The notes under the pieces are model-generated. The model had not been told where the DNA came from. It saw only the letters and a program-made list of their open reading frames with translations, and did not search any database. A program made the position numbers and the translations under genes. DNA of 64,000 nt from Octopus vulgaris (lineage: Eukaryota), in NCBI GenBank assembly GCA_951406725.2, contig OX597820.1, forward strand, positions 43,028,001 to 43,092,000. Reading direction: 5' to 3'. The first letter of the stretch is position 1. Each line of letters starts with the position of its first letter. Positions 39,101-53,449 of this stretch are shown piece after piece.

Positions 39101-39503
39101 GTTCTTTTATTCTTTTACTTGTTTCAGTCATTTAACTGCGGCCATGCTGGAACAACACCTTCACATAGTACCTATTCTACCTCTCTGCTTTGCCGAACAG
39201 TTAAATCATGGTGACGTAAACACAGCAACACCAGTTGTCAAGCGGTGATGGGGGAATAACCACAGGCACAAAGACACAAACGTTCGCACACTCACACACA
39301 TGCATACAGACATATATTATATGTATGTGTATATATATATATATACACACACATACCACGGGCTTCTTTCAGATTCCATCTACCAAATCTACTCACTAGG
39401 CTTTAGTCGGTCCGAGACCATAGCATAAATCATGCACATGGTGCCACACATGCCCTGGAACCATGTGGTTGAGAAGCAAGCTTGTTACCACACCAACACG
39501 CCT
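39101..39503 (-). mobile_element. SINE-1, diverged
   Basis: Colinear with 55-466, with small deletions. Confidence 0.85.
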
Positions 39504-40622
39504 GTATGCAGGAATATAACATGAAAGAGGGATCTAAATGAAATGTAATGAGAAATAAATCACACACCAATGCTGCTAAACAATCCCAAGGAAAGTTACG
39601 CTTGTTCTACGATCATTACAAGAAATATTACTACAAATAAAAAGAAAAAAAATACTACACCTTACTGTTGCAACGCTTCCTCAGGACAAGCCCTCAATAT
39701 GAAAGCCTACCTTAATGTGTATTGGGCTCACAGTTTATCTGCAAATGGTCCAATGAACTCTATCTTCTCCACTACGCGCTCAATTATTTCCATAGCCAGT
39801 CATGTGTGGAATTATCCGTTGTAATTACCATCCATTACCTCAAACATGTTTGAAAAAAATTGAATCTACGAGTAAAAGAAAGCTAGAAAAGAGTTTCCCA
39901 CCAGCTAGAAATAACACACTAATCTCAATTTACATTTTTCTGCAGCTGTTCAATACGTTAACGGGAGATTAACAACATTAATCTCACCTGTCTCCGAGTT
40001 TGTAATTGTACATAGCACTCCTTAGCGCTTTACTCACCAGAGTTGCTCCTACCTCCAGACTTGTTAGAAAGAATAAAATGCAGACGCATGCACAGTTGAT
40101 AAGCTTGTCTTGAATATTGTAAAATTAAGTAAGATAAGTTATAGAGTACCCAAAATGTTAATAAAATATCTATATTCAGTGCAAAACAATATTAAGCTTT
40201 GAGTAGCATAATTTTCATTTCTTGGAAAGACCAGATAACTATGCGTATATTTCGGTCATATAACCTAATCAGTGAGTTAATGACCTTACTGAGATTTGTT
40301 CGTTTCTTTCCAATCTTATGTGAGTTAACACGAAATTTATTTTCACCATAGAGTTTTATGAATTTTGTTGTCTATTTTATGGATTTAGTTCTATACTAGT
40401 TACATAAGTACAAACGAAACACTTTGGAAAGGGTGCTAATGGATATCTTAGCAGTTTCGGTAGCCACATATTTCCCCCGCATGACCAGCATTTATATCCT
40501 TTATATAGATGTTCTGATATAGTAATCATATAAAGAAGTATTTCTGTTTGCTTTGTTTGTGCAAGCAGAAGTATTACAAAGAGAGACAACGAAAAATGTA
40601 TGAAACCAAGCGAAGAATGATG

Positions 40623-40735
<113 letters not shown>

Positions 40736-40917
40736 TATGTATATACATGTATATACATATACATACATATATATATATAGATAGATATATATCATATATT
40801 ATATATTATATATATTATACATTTATACGTACCTACACATACACATATGTAGTTGCTACAGACTCTCTCTCTCTCTCTCTCTCTCTCTGTCTTTCTTGCT
40901 CTCTCTCTCTCTCTATG

Positions 40918-40952
<35 letters not shown>

Positions 40953-41576
40953 TATATTCTCATGTCACATGTTTCTCTGAGTGACATGTTCATTGACATG
41001 TATGATCACGTGAGGCATTTGTCATTTGCGCTACGATGAGAATCGTATGCGTTTGCTGTGAACATACACCTCATATAAACGGCCATACACTCACATATTC
41101 TATACCATTTTACTCATAATTTACTCTAAATTCCATCATTCTTGCTGTGATCTCCTGTCACTCTCTATCACTCCCTCTCACGTGTTCATGAAATTCCGTT
41201 CATTTCGTTGGTTCTTATTTGCTCCTTGTCTATCACTTTGCTCAGATTGTGCCAGCTTAAATAACACACTTATCCCTGCTATCTCGTCACATATATCGCG
41301 CTGAAGTGGCTTGTGAACAATTACTGGCTTTTCAAGTACTGATCACCTCACCTGCTACGCCCTTTTCACAATCATCTGATGTTTACTAAAGAGGAAACAA
41401 TTAGCTAATATTATTCTTTTTCTTCTTCTTCCGGCATATATTGACAATATTACATATGTCATCGGGAAAAATGACAAGGAAATATCACAACAATGAAAAT
41501 GAAACATGCGTGGCTATGATTGTGTATGGCATTCTATGTGTTTTAAATGCATGTGTGTGTGTATGTGTGTGTGTAC

Positions 41577-41608
<32 letters not shown>

Positions 41609-42376
41609 ATTTCTTTTTTATTTGTTTAGAATTAAGGAATGGGTTGAGTATAGAAGATGCTGTAGCTAAACAAGAGAATGTATGTGTCTGTGTGTGAGTG
41701 ATTCTATGAGTGGGTGCTTAAGGGAAAAGTGTGAATAGATGAGTGTGCAAGCAAAGTGTCTGAGACAAACAAGACAACTTTATAATGAGAAGATATTAAA
41801 CAGATGTGGAATGTTCACTGCTAATTGCAATGCAAAATAGAAGGAACGATGTCAAATAGTAATATCAAGTGAAAAAGAAACAAGGTACATTGAAATTTAA
41901 TGCAGGTATGTGGACACACATATACGAGCGTACACATATACATACATGCATACATACATGCATACATACATACATACATACATACATACATACATACATA
42001 CATACATAATACGATATGAAATGCTGTGTATACATATTATATTAGATTTCATATATATCTATACATACACATATAGAGACAGATTTATCAGATAATGATT
42101 CGCGCGGTCATTACTGAAAATTTCAAAGTCAGGAAGGCACGTGTCTAATAGATCAGATGTCTATTATATAGCAAATATCTGAACGTGTAGATTCGATCAG
42201 AGGCTGACAAGAGTTTCAGTAGGTAAGTCTTTGCAATTGACTGACTTATGTTGCTACGCAGTCAAGAAACACTGAATATGGTCTGCTTTGTACACTGAAT
42301 AGTTTTGCTCCTTTTTGTGCATCTACCAATTTATGATTGAATGTGTGGGCGTATGTATGTTTATATACATATTGGG

Positions 42377-42508
42377 TAGGAGTGGCTGTGTGGTAAGTAG
42401 CTTCAGTCCCACTGCGTGGCACCTTGGGCAAGTGTCTTCTACTATAGCCTCGGGTCGACCAAAGTCTTGTGAGTGGATTTGGTAGACGGAAACTGAAAGA
42501 AGCCCGTC

Positions 42509-42547
<39 letters not shown>

Positions 42548-42785
42548 TAAATAAAACATATGCATATATATATACATATATGTACGTACCAACCTCTACA
42601 TGTATATATACACGCATATATGAGTACAGGACACCAAAAAAACGTCGAACACAAGGAGAAACGAAAACATAGACACAAACCCAAGGAACTGGACATTTTT
42701 CTTAAACAGCAAAAAAATAGAGTACAGGACAAATAACACAAGGAAAAAACTCCTTCTTCAGTCGCCATGGTTTCATCTACTATAC

Positions 42786-42829
<44 letters not shown>

Positions 42830-43035
42830 GTGTTTGTGTCTGTTTGTCCCTCCCATCATCACTTGACAACCGATGCTGGTGTGTTTATGTCCCCGTAACA
42901 TAGCGGTTCGGCATAAGAGACCGATAGATTAAGTACTAGGCTTACAAAGAATAAGTCCTGGGGTCGATTTACTCGACTAAAGGCGCTGTTCCAACAAGGC
43001 CACAATCAAATGACTGAATCAAGTAAAAGACTAAA
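42377..43035 (+). mobile_element. SINE-1 with another repeat fragment (about 42620-42785) inside its internal microsatellite
   Basis: Head 42377-42510 and tail 42835-43035 match 999-1400. Confidence 0.85.
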
Positions 43036-43060
43036 AGACATACATAGACACACATGCGCG

Positions 43061-43104
<44 letters not shown>

Positions 43105-43672
43105 AATATACACAAACACAAACACAGAGCGGTAGGTAGGTAAGTAAGTAGGTAGGTAGGTAGGTAGGTAGGTAGGTAGGTAGGTAGGTAGGTAGGTTGG
43201 TTGGTAGGTAGGTTGGTAGGTGGATAGAGTAAAGACTCATGACTATAATAATGTGGATTCAAATACAGTACCCTTCATTTTCCGTTTCTCAAGCCTATTC
43301 AGAAGAAAAGAAAAACAAGCCGGGTACTGGTGCACTTCTATTTCTTGTGCCAAATTAATATATTGTTATGTATATGGATATGTTTATGTTTACTTCTCCC
43401 ATATAGATTTTACTCTCTTCGCACACTGACATAAACATATAACTTAAATATTAAAATGCACGAAAAATATAATCTTTCAATTACTTGACAAACTTAAATC
43501 AAAATATGCGCACAGGTTTACATTTTTCCTTTTCCTTCTGTCCATAAACCGCTTATGTTATCCTAACCTTAAAAATACAACAGTTTCTTCGTTTCAAATA
43601 CAGTTGTGATCAACCACCCATTCGATAAACTCGTGTAGACTGCTATGTGTAGATATTAGGGTCAGATATTTT

Positions 43673-44348
43673 AAGGCGGCGAGCTGGTAGAATCGTTTGC
43701 ACGCTGGACGAAATACTACAACGCATTTCGTCCACTTTCATGTTCTGAATTCAAATTTCGCAGAAGTTGATTTGGCCCTTCATTTTTTTTTTTGTGGTCA
43801 TCAACATAAAGTACCAGTTGAATACTGGTGTCGATGTAATCGACTAACCCCGTCCTCCCAAATTGCTGTACTGGTGCCAGCATTTGAAATCATATTTAAG
43901 CCGATGAGTCAGTAATATCGGCAGTATCAGCAGCACGCTGCAAAAGATGTTTGGTCGCATTCTGTCCGTCATTACGCTCTGAGTTCAAATCCCACCGAGA
44001 TCGACTTTACCTTTCACCCTTTTCGGGCTCAATAGAATAAGTACCCATTAGGTATTAGTGTTGATGTAATCAATTAAAGCCATCTGACATGAATATTCAG
44101 ACCTTTTGCCTGCAGCAGAAAAAGATATTGGTTTCAAATTTTGGCACGAGGTCAGCAATTTTAAGGGAAGGGATCAGTGGATTACATTATATCGATCCTA
44201 GTACAAAAGTGATATTTATTTTATCTACGTCGAAAGGGTGAAATGCAAAATCGACCTCGGTGCTATTTGAAATCGGACAGTGAAGTCGTATGAATAGACC
44301 CGAAGCATTTTGTCCACTGGACAAACGATTCTGGAAAGTTGCCGCCTT
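43673..44348. mobile_element. Cluster of three SINE-2 copies (+, +, -)
   Basis: Heads at 43673 and about 43915 on plus; inverted head AACGATTCTG..GTTGCCGCCTT ending at 44348. Confidence 0.75.
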
Positions 44349-44481
44349 ATAGTAGAAAGATTATAAACATATTTGTATACTCAATCTCGCTTACTTGGTT
44401 CTGCATAGGAGAATATATGCCCTATATATTATATACATTTATATTTATTTTTACATTCCTTACATCATTAGCTGTTTTATG

Positions 44482-44519
<38 letters not shown>

Positions 44520-44521
<2 letters not shown>

Positions 44522-44690
44522 CCATATATCACCTACTTGTTTCTCTCTTTGTTTCTTTCTGTGTTCCTTTCTGTAGAAGAGCGTAGGCTCGAAATGTAAA
44601 AGACTTTTTCAATTCCTGAGCGTTATACTAATACATCTGTGTGTTTTGTACACCACCTGTCTTCGTCTTTTGTTTTTTTCGTGAACTCTT

Positions 44691-44692
<2 letters not shown>
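44520..44692 (+). mobile_element. Short hammerhead-bearing repeat (family C) in (TA)n
   Basis: Homologous to about 20255-20420; TA repeats on both sides. Confidence 0.75.
44567..44602 (+). ncRNA. Hammerhead-like motif, CUGUAGA core (family C)
   Basis: CTTT-CTGTAGA-A-GAGC[GTAG]GCTC-GAAAT-GTA-AAAG; stems I and II fully paired. Confidence 0.55.
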
Positions 44693-44739
<47 letters not shown>

Positions 44740-44803
44740 GAGAGAGAGAGAGAGAGAGATACACATATCTATATATATGTATGTATATATAGATATGTAT
44801 ATA

Positions 44804-44857
<54 letters not shown>

Positions 44858-45956
44858 TATACATATATATACATATACATACTTAGACGTGTGTGTTTCT
44901 GTGCATGCGTGTGCGCTTGTGCATGTCTTTGTATCCATCTGTATATATAGAATGAATGTCTCTATTCGATAGAAGCCTGAGCATTCAGAAGCTTCGTAAA
45001 GAATTCCATACTGCAAGACATAGAGTTAAATATAGGAATTCATGAATGCTTTAATTTAGAGATCTATGAATCTCATTTGATCATTTTGATCTCAGAATTA
45101 ACGAGAGAAAAATTCTGTATGTGTGTTGATAACATGGATTAGAATTTAGAAAGAACTCAAAATAGGAGCTGAAAGCTTCAGAAACATGAGGCGAATATAT
45201 GCAACATTACTGATTTTAAATTAAAATTATAGCCGTTATGGACCTTATTTGGGATCATATCTACCGTTTGAGTTTACCATTCTACGTTAGAGATAACGAA
45301 TAGGGGAAAAAGATTAATTTCAAGAAAAACAGAAGTAAACTTAACCACAGTGCACAGCGATTGCAAGATCTTGCAAATATTTAGAACGGATATCACAGGA
45401 AGATCAGAGATTCAAAGGCAATATGAATTCTATAAAAGATAGGCAAAGAAATGAAATTAAAGGTCGTATAAAACTTAGAACCTATGAAGTAATAGATATG
45501 GTAATCGAGTAGAGAAGATTAGAAGTTACAATATTGAGTCATAAAGTTATGTGTGATTAACTTTACTAGCGAAAGATGCTGCAATAATCGTTTAAAAGGG
45601 TAAAATAATACCATGAAGAAGCAGGTTCTTAGAAGGTGCCGAAAACAGATTTTAGATGATTTTGAGTGAGGTTGATTACAGTAACAGTTACGGAAAAAGT
45701 GATGAGACAGTGACAAAGGTATATAAGTTGCTCAAGATGCAAGCAGTGATTGACAGGAGCAGAATGACTCTCGTAAAAGACATGCGTTAGGAAAGGAGCG
45801 CGCAATCATATATTTACGCAACAAACATATATATACGTGGTGTCTTGGGCAAGTGATTTTTACTATAGCCCCAGATCCTGTAAATTTCTTTAAGTAGATT
45901 TGATAGACAGCAACTGAAAGAGGCCCGTCATACAAACATACATTCATACATGCGTC

Positions 45957-46062
<106 letters not shown>

Positions 46063-47270
46063 TATACATATATGCATGCATACATTCATTCATACATACA
46101 AACGTACATATATACGTACGTGAGTACAAGCATACATACATATATACATACATACATAAATGTTAGTGTGTGTGTACATCACTGCTCGTACGTATGTATA
46201 TACACTTATGCATGTATCTATGTATGTATGTAAATGTATATGTGTATGTGTGTGTATGTGTGTGTCTATGTGTGTGTCTACGTGTTCAAATATAATTGGA
46301 CGCAGCGTTTCTAAACATTGTCTCCTATCTCATTCAGGAATGATGGATGCCGATATTTAACATTTTCCGAAGGTGAGTTGTCTCACCTTTGAGGTGTTTT
46401 AACAGCGCAATGACAGACCGTATTTTCAGGAAACTTGCAAAAAAAAAAACAAAAAAAACATATACATTGAGTATGTGGTCGATAATGTTTTCACTGGGAC
46501 TGCTTTTAATTCGTTATTGAATTACTTCTTACAAATAGTCATCCTCGAGGCGCACCAGAAAATTGTTTATACACTATTTATATATAGTTATAGACTGGTG
46601 ATTTGATTCGTCACCAAAATGGTGAAGCATCAATATCCGTCACTTCTGAATGGAATCGTAGGCAAGTTATATCGCCTTTCGATGACTTTCAGGTATTTTA
46701 ACACCCAGTGCAATGGAGAAGACATGCCCCAAGCGCTATATTGCAGCGAACCGGCGAATATATCTGTATACCGTATGCAAAAATGGTTAAAAGATTTACT
46801 CGACCACGATCTTATACCAGTCGATTCAGTAGTATGTTATGTCAAGTAATGTCATTTTCATTGACCTCGGATTGACCCATACCACATTAATAAAATTTGG
46901 CCGAGGGACTTTTAGTCTGTCTCCTATTTATATTATGTCTTTTATTTTTTATTTTTTGTTTAACAGAGCACGCTTATAAGAGTAATTTTACCTCGGATGA
47001 AAACTGCTATATTATGTCTATCATAATATATGTGCATATGTGTTAAGTAGGGTACGTTGATGGATATTCCAGTTTCATATTTCTATTGCGTACGCCGGGT
47101 ATTTCAATTAGCTTAATACTTATATAGTTTTTAGATTTAATCCAGAGAGTTTTATCCAACATTTTTAATATTTCGTAACATTTCTTAGCATGTTTTGCAA
47201 CTCTCATTATTATATTTGTTGATGGCCGTCTTTTTTTGGCAATAAACACAAGCGCTATGTGATCTTCACT

Positions 47271-47331
<61 letters not shown>

Positions 47332-47345
47332 CATCATCATCATCC

Positions 47346-47386
<41 letters not shown>

Positions 47387-47726
47387 TATTATTATTATTA
47401 TTATGGCCGTCAGACGAGGAAGCCACGCTTGACCTCGGCTCCGTATTTGTTTTCGAAAATCGTCAGTTTTCTCCAGAAAATAGTGGTGCTTTCCTGTCAT
47501 TTTCAACCAGGGTGGAGAATAAGGGATCCTCTTTCTGCTGGTGAGTTCCATTTTTGTTAAAAATCCTCCATTTTTTTTTTGTGGGAGGAGGCTTATGCAT
47601 TTTATTATTCCACAATCCATTTTATTATCCACTTCTCATTCGACGTGGAAAATTTAGAATTTTGGCAGTAATATGTAGTTTCGAGGGAGATTCAGTCATC
47701 GATGAAAGAGTGGGAGAAGCAGAAGA

Positions 47727-48283
47727 GTGTCTTGCTACATAAATGAGAGAGAGAGTGACATTTCTTCGCCTGTTTGCGTGACTACTAGACAAGCAAGCAG
47801 GCAAAAAACGATGACCATCCCAAACACAAACAACAACTCCGACACCACCGCCATCATCGCCTCTGCTGCTACCACTATAAACAACAATAACAAAACGACT
47901 GTGACAGGAGAGACAAATAAGCAGTACAACTACGATGTTAATAAATTCCTCCCGTTAGGAAGTAACAACGACAGGAACAACGCCAGCAGCAAAAAGAATA
48001 TAATCAGTAACAGTAACGATAAAATCAACCCCTTTGCGGGAGTAACAAAATCGCAGCAGCAAACCTCCCTGGAAGGAAAACATGCGTAACTGAGAGAAGC
48101 AGAAAAATTCCTCGATAGAAGACATAGGAAAATCAAGCTTACTATTCCTTCAGATTTGATGGAGAAGACGGCCAAAAGGACCATCGTATACAGATGTGTG
48201 TCGCTAAAGACGAGGAAAATCTTCAATGCGTCACACATCCAAGTAGAAAGTGGAGACGGTCGGCACTATCCTAGAGGAATCTG
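47727..48283 (+). pseudogene. Possible decayed coding fragment (LINE ORF1-like N-terminus?)
   Basis: One frame is open for about 185 codons apart from a single TAA at 48087-48089. Thr/Asn-rich start, then LREAEKFLDRRHRKIKLTIPSDLMEKTAKRTIVYRCVSLKTRKIF. No domain firmly recognised. Confidence 0.3.
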
Positions 48284-48328
48284 AGTCGATTGCAGGGGCT
48301 AAAATCAACACCGACAACAGTAGTAGTA

Positions 48329-48403
<75 letters not shown>

Positions 48404-48404
48404 T

Positions 48405-48605
48405 AAGGCGACGATTTGGCAAAATCCTTAGCACGTCGGGCAAAAAGCTTACTGGTATTTGATCCGTCTTTATGTTCTGAGTTCAAATTCGGCCGCGGTC
48501 AACTTTGCCCTTCATCGATAAATTATGTACAACTTGAGTACTGTGGTAGATCGAATCGACTGCTCCTCTCCCCTAAATTTCGAGCCTTGTGGCTCGAGTA
48601 AAAAG
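48405..48605 (+). mobile_element. SINE-2, diverged
   Basis: AAGGCGACGATTTGGCAAAATCCTTAGCACG...GAGTTCAAATTCGGCCGCGGTCAACTTTGCC. Confidence 0.75.
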
Positions 48606-48766
<161 letters not shown>

Positions 48767-49032
48767 TTCTGTTTGTCAGTTATTTTCGCTACATATTTTG
48801 TGATCTTTTCAGCGACTTTCTGTCCATCGTGTCTCCTCTTTTCTCTGGGCTTCTCCAGTCCATGCCATTTTGTCTTACTGTAGTATGTATCCCTGTCTGC
48901 GCATACGTTTACATCTACATCCGCGTCTATCGGTATATGTTTAGTGTGTGTACGTGTGTCTTGTTGTGTACGTGTATACGGATTTGTATATTACATTATT
49001 TGTATCGGTGTCTTTTATTCCATTTTGCAACT

Positions 49033-49080
<48 letters not shown>

Positions 49081-50142
49081 CGCCTCCGGGGTGGAGAGCT
49101 TGAGATATTTTCCTGAAACCATATTTGCTTATCTATGGTGACGAGCGATGAAATAATCAGCATGACATTGAACAAAAATGTCCTTTGATATCTGGTTTTG
49201 CTGTTTCCGACTGAGCACTTCATAGGTTTTTATTACATCGTTGAATTAATATCATCGAGTGACGACTTTTTCAAATGCATACTCACTAATGTGTTCCTGC
49301 GTATTGTTTTAACTCAATATTTTAAATTTCTGTTGCTTGCTTTGGAATTTAAATTGAGTAATGAGTATTCTAACGCATTTTTCCAGAAAAAAAGTGTTTT
49401 TTTACAATGTACTAATTTTAGTAATATTTTTTTCCATGTACTGCTATCATTTACTGCTCGCTATTTTTGTGCGAAATTATAGTAATTGGAAGTTTAAAGA
49501 AATTTAAATTATATTCACTTCGAGAATCACTGCTGATATATCCTACTGCATAAAACACTATACTGCATAAACCACTATACAAGGCTCTTAGAATTCTATC
49601 CAACATGTTTCTGTTTATGAATTGTTCTGCAGACAATATTGGCTTGTTATGTAGACCCACGATGTTACAAAAACAAACATTGTCACAAAATATTTAAAAA
49701 ATGTGATTGAGTACGGAATGTTACTTGCCGCCAGTACAGAGCATGTGTAAAAAAATAATCTACAGATTGTTGAATTGCAATTTTGTGAGGTATGTCATAT
49801 TTGGAGTTTCTGCTTGAACATCTACTTTTCTTTGAAAGACATAGTGTTGACATCCATTGCATTCATTAAAACATGTGTCAATTTGCATTGTCAGTCATTT
49901 CTATTATAGATTATTGCTTTGTTATAACTTATTACCTTTATGAATACTTTGGATTATTTAAAAGAAACTGATAATCTTGTCTATAGAAAGCTACCTCTGC
50001 ATAATTTTATAACGAAATATTATGTTTGCCTTTGGGTTGCATTTGCAAGCCTCTTCATGTAAAATCTTATGCTGAAATTGGTTATGTTGCATTTTAAGAG
50101 TAATATACACATGCAGTGGTACTATTCAAATGTGTACTACTT

Positions 50143-50285
<143 letters not shown>

Positions 50286-50309
50286 TATTATTATTATAAT
50301 AATAATAAT

Positions 50310-50863
50310 GCCCTGATGCAGTACCAGGCAGTGGCTCTCATGGCTTCTGATTTTAACTGATTGGAAGTGTTATCATGTACATTGTTTTGTCTTGGTATAA
50401 AAGATGGGCTACAGCATATATTCTGCTCAATACCACAGATTTGCTTGTCAGTTGTTTGACCTTAACCAGTTGAGCATTTCCCTTAGTGGCTGACGATATG
50501 TGCATCTCTGATCACGATCAGAAGTAGTGGGGGAGCATCATAGCCATGTGTTGAGAGGGATTCTTTGGGGTTTGAATAATTCACCTCTGGAAACATGGGT
50601 GTTTCGTTCAACGTCCTTAAACAACCCTTATTCAGGGACCTTTTGAGCAGGATGGGTTACTCGATCTGAAGAAAATTCTAACTGGGCTCCACCTGCAAGG
50701 TCATGTGCTGTTTATCTTGATATGAGATCACCATGTCGCGCACATATGGTTGTGATGCATGTGCCTGGTGTACCCTTATCAGACGGGTAGTCATGATGGG
50801 TATACTGGGCTTCGTATATTTTACCCCAGTGTCACTTTGATGGCATGCTCTGCTCGCTCACTC
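50310..50863 (+). mobile_element. (TAA)n-embedded non-coding element, longest copy (554 bp)
   Basis: Flanked by (AAT)n on both sides; homologues at 2636-3077 and 28780-28922. Confidence 0.88.
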
Positions 50864-50899
50864 AATAATAATAATAATAACATTGCTTACTAAAAACTA

Positions 50900-51585
50900 A
50901 AAGACCATCTCGTTTCGGTAATGTCCTGTGTTGACACCAAACGAATACAAAAATCGGTACGACAGGGCAGGACAGTATTTACATTGGAAAGTATGTAAAC
51001 ACAACAAAATCAGTACTCCTGCTTACTGGTATGAGCATCATCCAGAACCTGTCGTTGGAGGTAAAATGTCACTATCCTCTGAGATTTTTCAGTCAGCATC
51101 GACAGAACCATCCAGGCATAATCATTAAAGACAGAGAAGAAAATACTTGTTGACTAAAAGACGTAAATGTTTCCACTGATAAAAATATATCTGTAAAGGA
51201 ATTTGACAAATTAACTAAATATAAGAACCTGGAAATTGAAATACAAAAGATGTGGCATCTTAAAGCGAGAACCATTCCTACTATTTTGGGAGCCCTATGT
51301 ATGGTAAGAAAGGGATGTCAGGAACATTTAGATGATATCTCATGAAAACCATGTCTCAGCGAAATCCAAAATATTGTGCTGACAAATATTGCCCACATCC
51401 ATAGAAAAACCCTATCAATTTAAATGTCTGTGTTGTATTACATGAAAATATTTCGCTAGTGTCCCTGCCACTTCCCCACCTCAAGCTTTCAGTCATACAG
51501 TAACATCTCTTATTCTTCACTCACCCTAGGACGCTGGGTGTGTCTCGGCGAGTGATTGTAACAAGCATGCAGATTAAAAGTAAAT
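50900..51585 (+). pseudogene. 3' end of an R4/Dong-type non-LTR retrotransposon: zinc-knuckle end, restriction-like endonuclease domain, 3' UTR
   Basis: DHLVS-CPVL, YKNRYDRAGQYLHWKVC, WYEHHPEPV, TIL*DF, KEFDKLTKYKNLEIEIQKMW, PTILGAL, AHIHRKTL* (stop 51421-51423). Ends in (TAA)n. Confidence 0.85.
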
Positions 51586-51648
51586 AATAATAATGATAAT
51601 AACAACAAAAACATCAACAACAACAACAACAACAATAATAACAATAAC

Positions 51649-51689
<41 letters not shown>

Positions 51690-51722
51690 TATTAATAATA
51701 GTAATAATAATAATAATATTAC

Positions 51723-51860
<138 letters not shown>

Positions 51861-51865
51861 TAATA

Positions 51866-52050
51866 AAGGGAAGGCAAAAATCTGAGATTTTGACTTCCAG
51901 ACGGACAAGACTTTAGAGCACCAAATCCCAGATACAGTAACCTTTAAGAGGGACAAACAAGAGTGTCTAATAATCGATGTGGCAGTGGCGGGAGATGAAC
52001 ATATTAACATGAAAGAAAGGGAACAGTCTGATAAATATGGAAACCTCTCT
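51866..52050 (+). pseudogene. Second R4/Dong-type endonuclease fragment
   Basis: KAKI*DFDFQTDKTLEHQIPDTVTFKRDKQECLIIDVAVAGDEHINMKEREQSDKYGNL shows the PD..D pattern and begins right after (TAA)n. Confidence 0.8.
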
Positions 52051-52810
52051 AGGAGTCTAGGAGCCGAACCCACGTCTCTATATCCGTGAACCCAGACTAA
52101 CCATTAGGTCAGGCGAAATTGACATTTGTCTCATAAGTTCTCATCAGTGAATTATATTTTCCTCATTTCGATAATTTCATGAAATGCATTTCTTTATAAA
52201 ATATTTTCTTATCTTAATATTAAACTTTGGAATTAAATGGCATGTAGCATTATATAAGTCTGTAAAATTATATTGGAACTTTTCAGGAGTAACGTTAGTA
52301 TTTGTCTCAGATGTTTCCAAATACATGTTAAATTTGAAGTTAGTACGTATCAATTTCATGATTTTGCGCACTGAAACAGAGTAGCAGTGAAACGACTGTA
52401 GACATACAACGAACAGCTTAGGTTGATATTTGATTATAGACACTATTATCATCAAATAATATTTAAACTGATATGAAAGTGTACGTATAGTTGTCATAAT
52501 ATGGCGTAAATATTTGAGTCCCAGTACACGATGTCCGATCAAATTGCAAATTAGACTATTGCAACTAAGAGAATTGAATAGATTATACACAGTTTTGGAA
52601 CATTGCTGTAATATTTCAAGCTTGTGCCTTAGTGATTTGTATTTATGATTTCGTTGTTATATATGATTTCTATTCTTCTGTCTTCGATGGACTATAAGTT
52701 TGTCTCTGTCCCAGGCGTTCAATTAATAGACACACACACATATAAATATACAAACACACGTGTATATATATATGTATATATATGTATATATGTGTGTATA
52801 TATATATATA

Positions 52811-53010
52811 CCGGAGTAAACACATAACTGTGAAACTAGGTGGAAAAAGATATATATATACCGGAGTAAACACATAACTGTGAAACTAGGTGGAAAAAGA
52901 GTACTCAATACCAGGAGTAGAGTAATATGCTTTATTTAAAAGCAGCAGAAAATTCAACGTGAAACTCAGAGTAACAGGTTTTGTTGAATTTTCTGCTGCT
53001 TTTAAATAAA

Positions 53011-53011
<1 letters not shown>
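52811..53011. mobile_element. Family G element, collapsed hairpin form
   Basis: Same extension as 15911-15983 (first 50 bp duplicated). Perfect 29-bp inverted arms 52930-52958 and 52983-53011 enclose the hammerhead 3' half GTGAAACTCAGAGTAACAG. Confidence 0.85.
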
Positions 53012-53049
<38 letters not shown>

Positions 53050-53097
53050 CATACATACATATATATGTGTGTATGTGTGTGTGGATACACACATATC

Positions 53098-53230
53098 CTG
53101 ACAGGGGAGGTAACTGCCTCTAGACCGTCTCAAGGATCAACCAGACTACGCCTAGTTACGTCTATACTGAAACTAGCCCTGGTCAGGCTAATCCTCGGGA
53201 CGGTTATCATGTGCTTACCTTCCCTGTCAG
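53098..53230. mobile_element. 133-bp hairpin / MITE-like element
   Basis: CTGACAGGGGAGGTAA pairs with TTACCTTCCCTGTCAG; inner ACCGTCTCAAGGAT pairs with ATCCTCGGGACGGT. Confidence 0.65.
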
Positions 53231-53254
53231 TATGCGTATTTTTTGCTCTTGCTG

Positions 53255-53288
<34 letters not shown>

Positions 53289-53449
53289 GAAACAATTTTA
53301 CCTACATATATACACACTCGCAAGTGTGCACACAGACACACACACACACACACACACACTTAAAATAAAATTATTTTTATAATGAAAATTCTCTAAAATT
53401 TTACAGCGTATCAGCATGTAGTAGAGTTATATGTTCTTGTTAGTGCTTC

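Noticed and set aside
40950-41446. Possible second solo LTR (TG...CA)
   Set aside because: Terminal inverted match is poor and there is no TSD.
50310-50335. CCTGATGCAGTACCAGG resembles U2 snRNA stem-loop IV
   Set aside because: Only about 9-13 matching bases and no other U2 sequence nearby; cannot be separated from chance.
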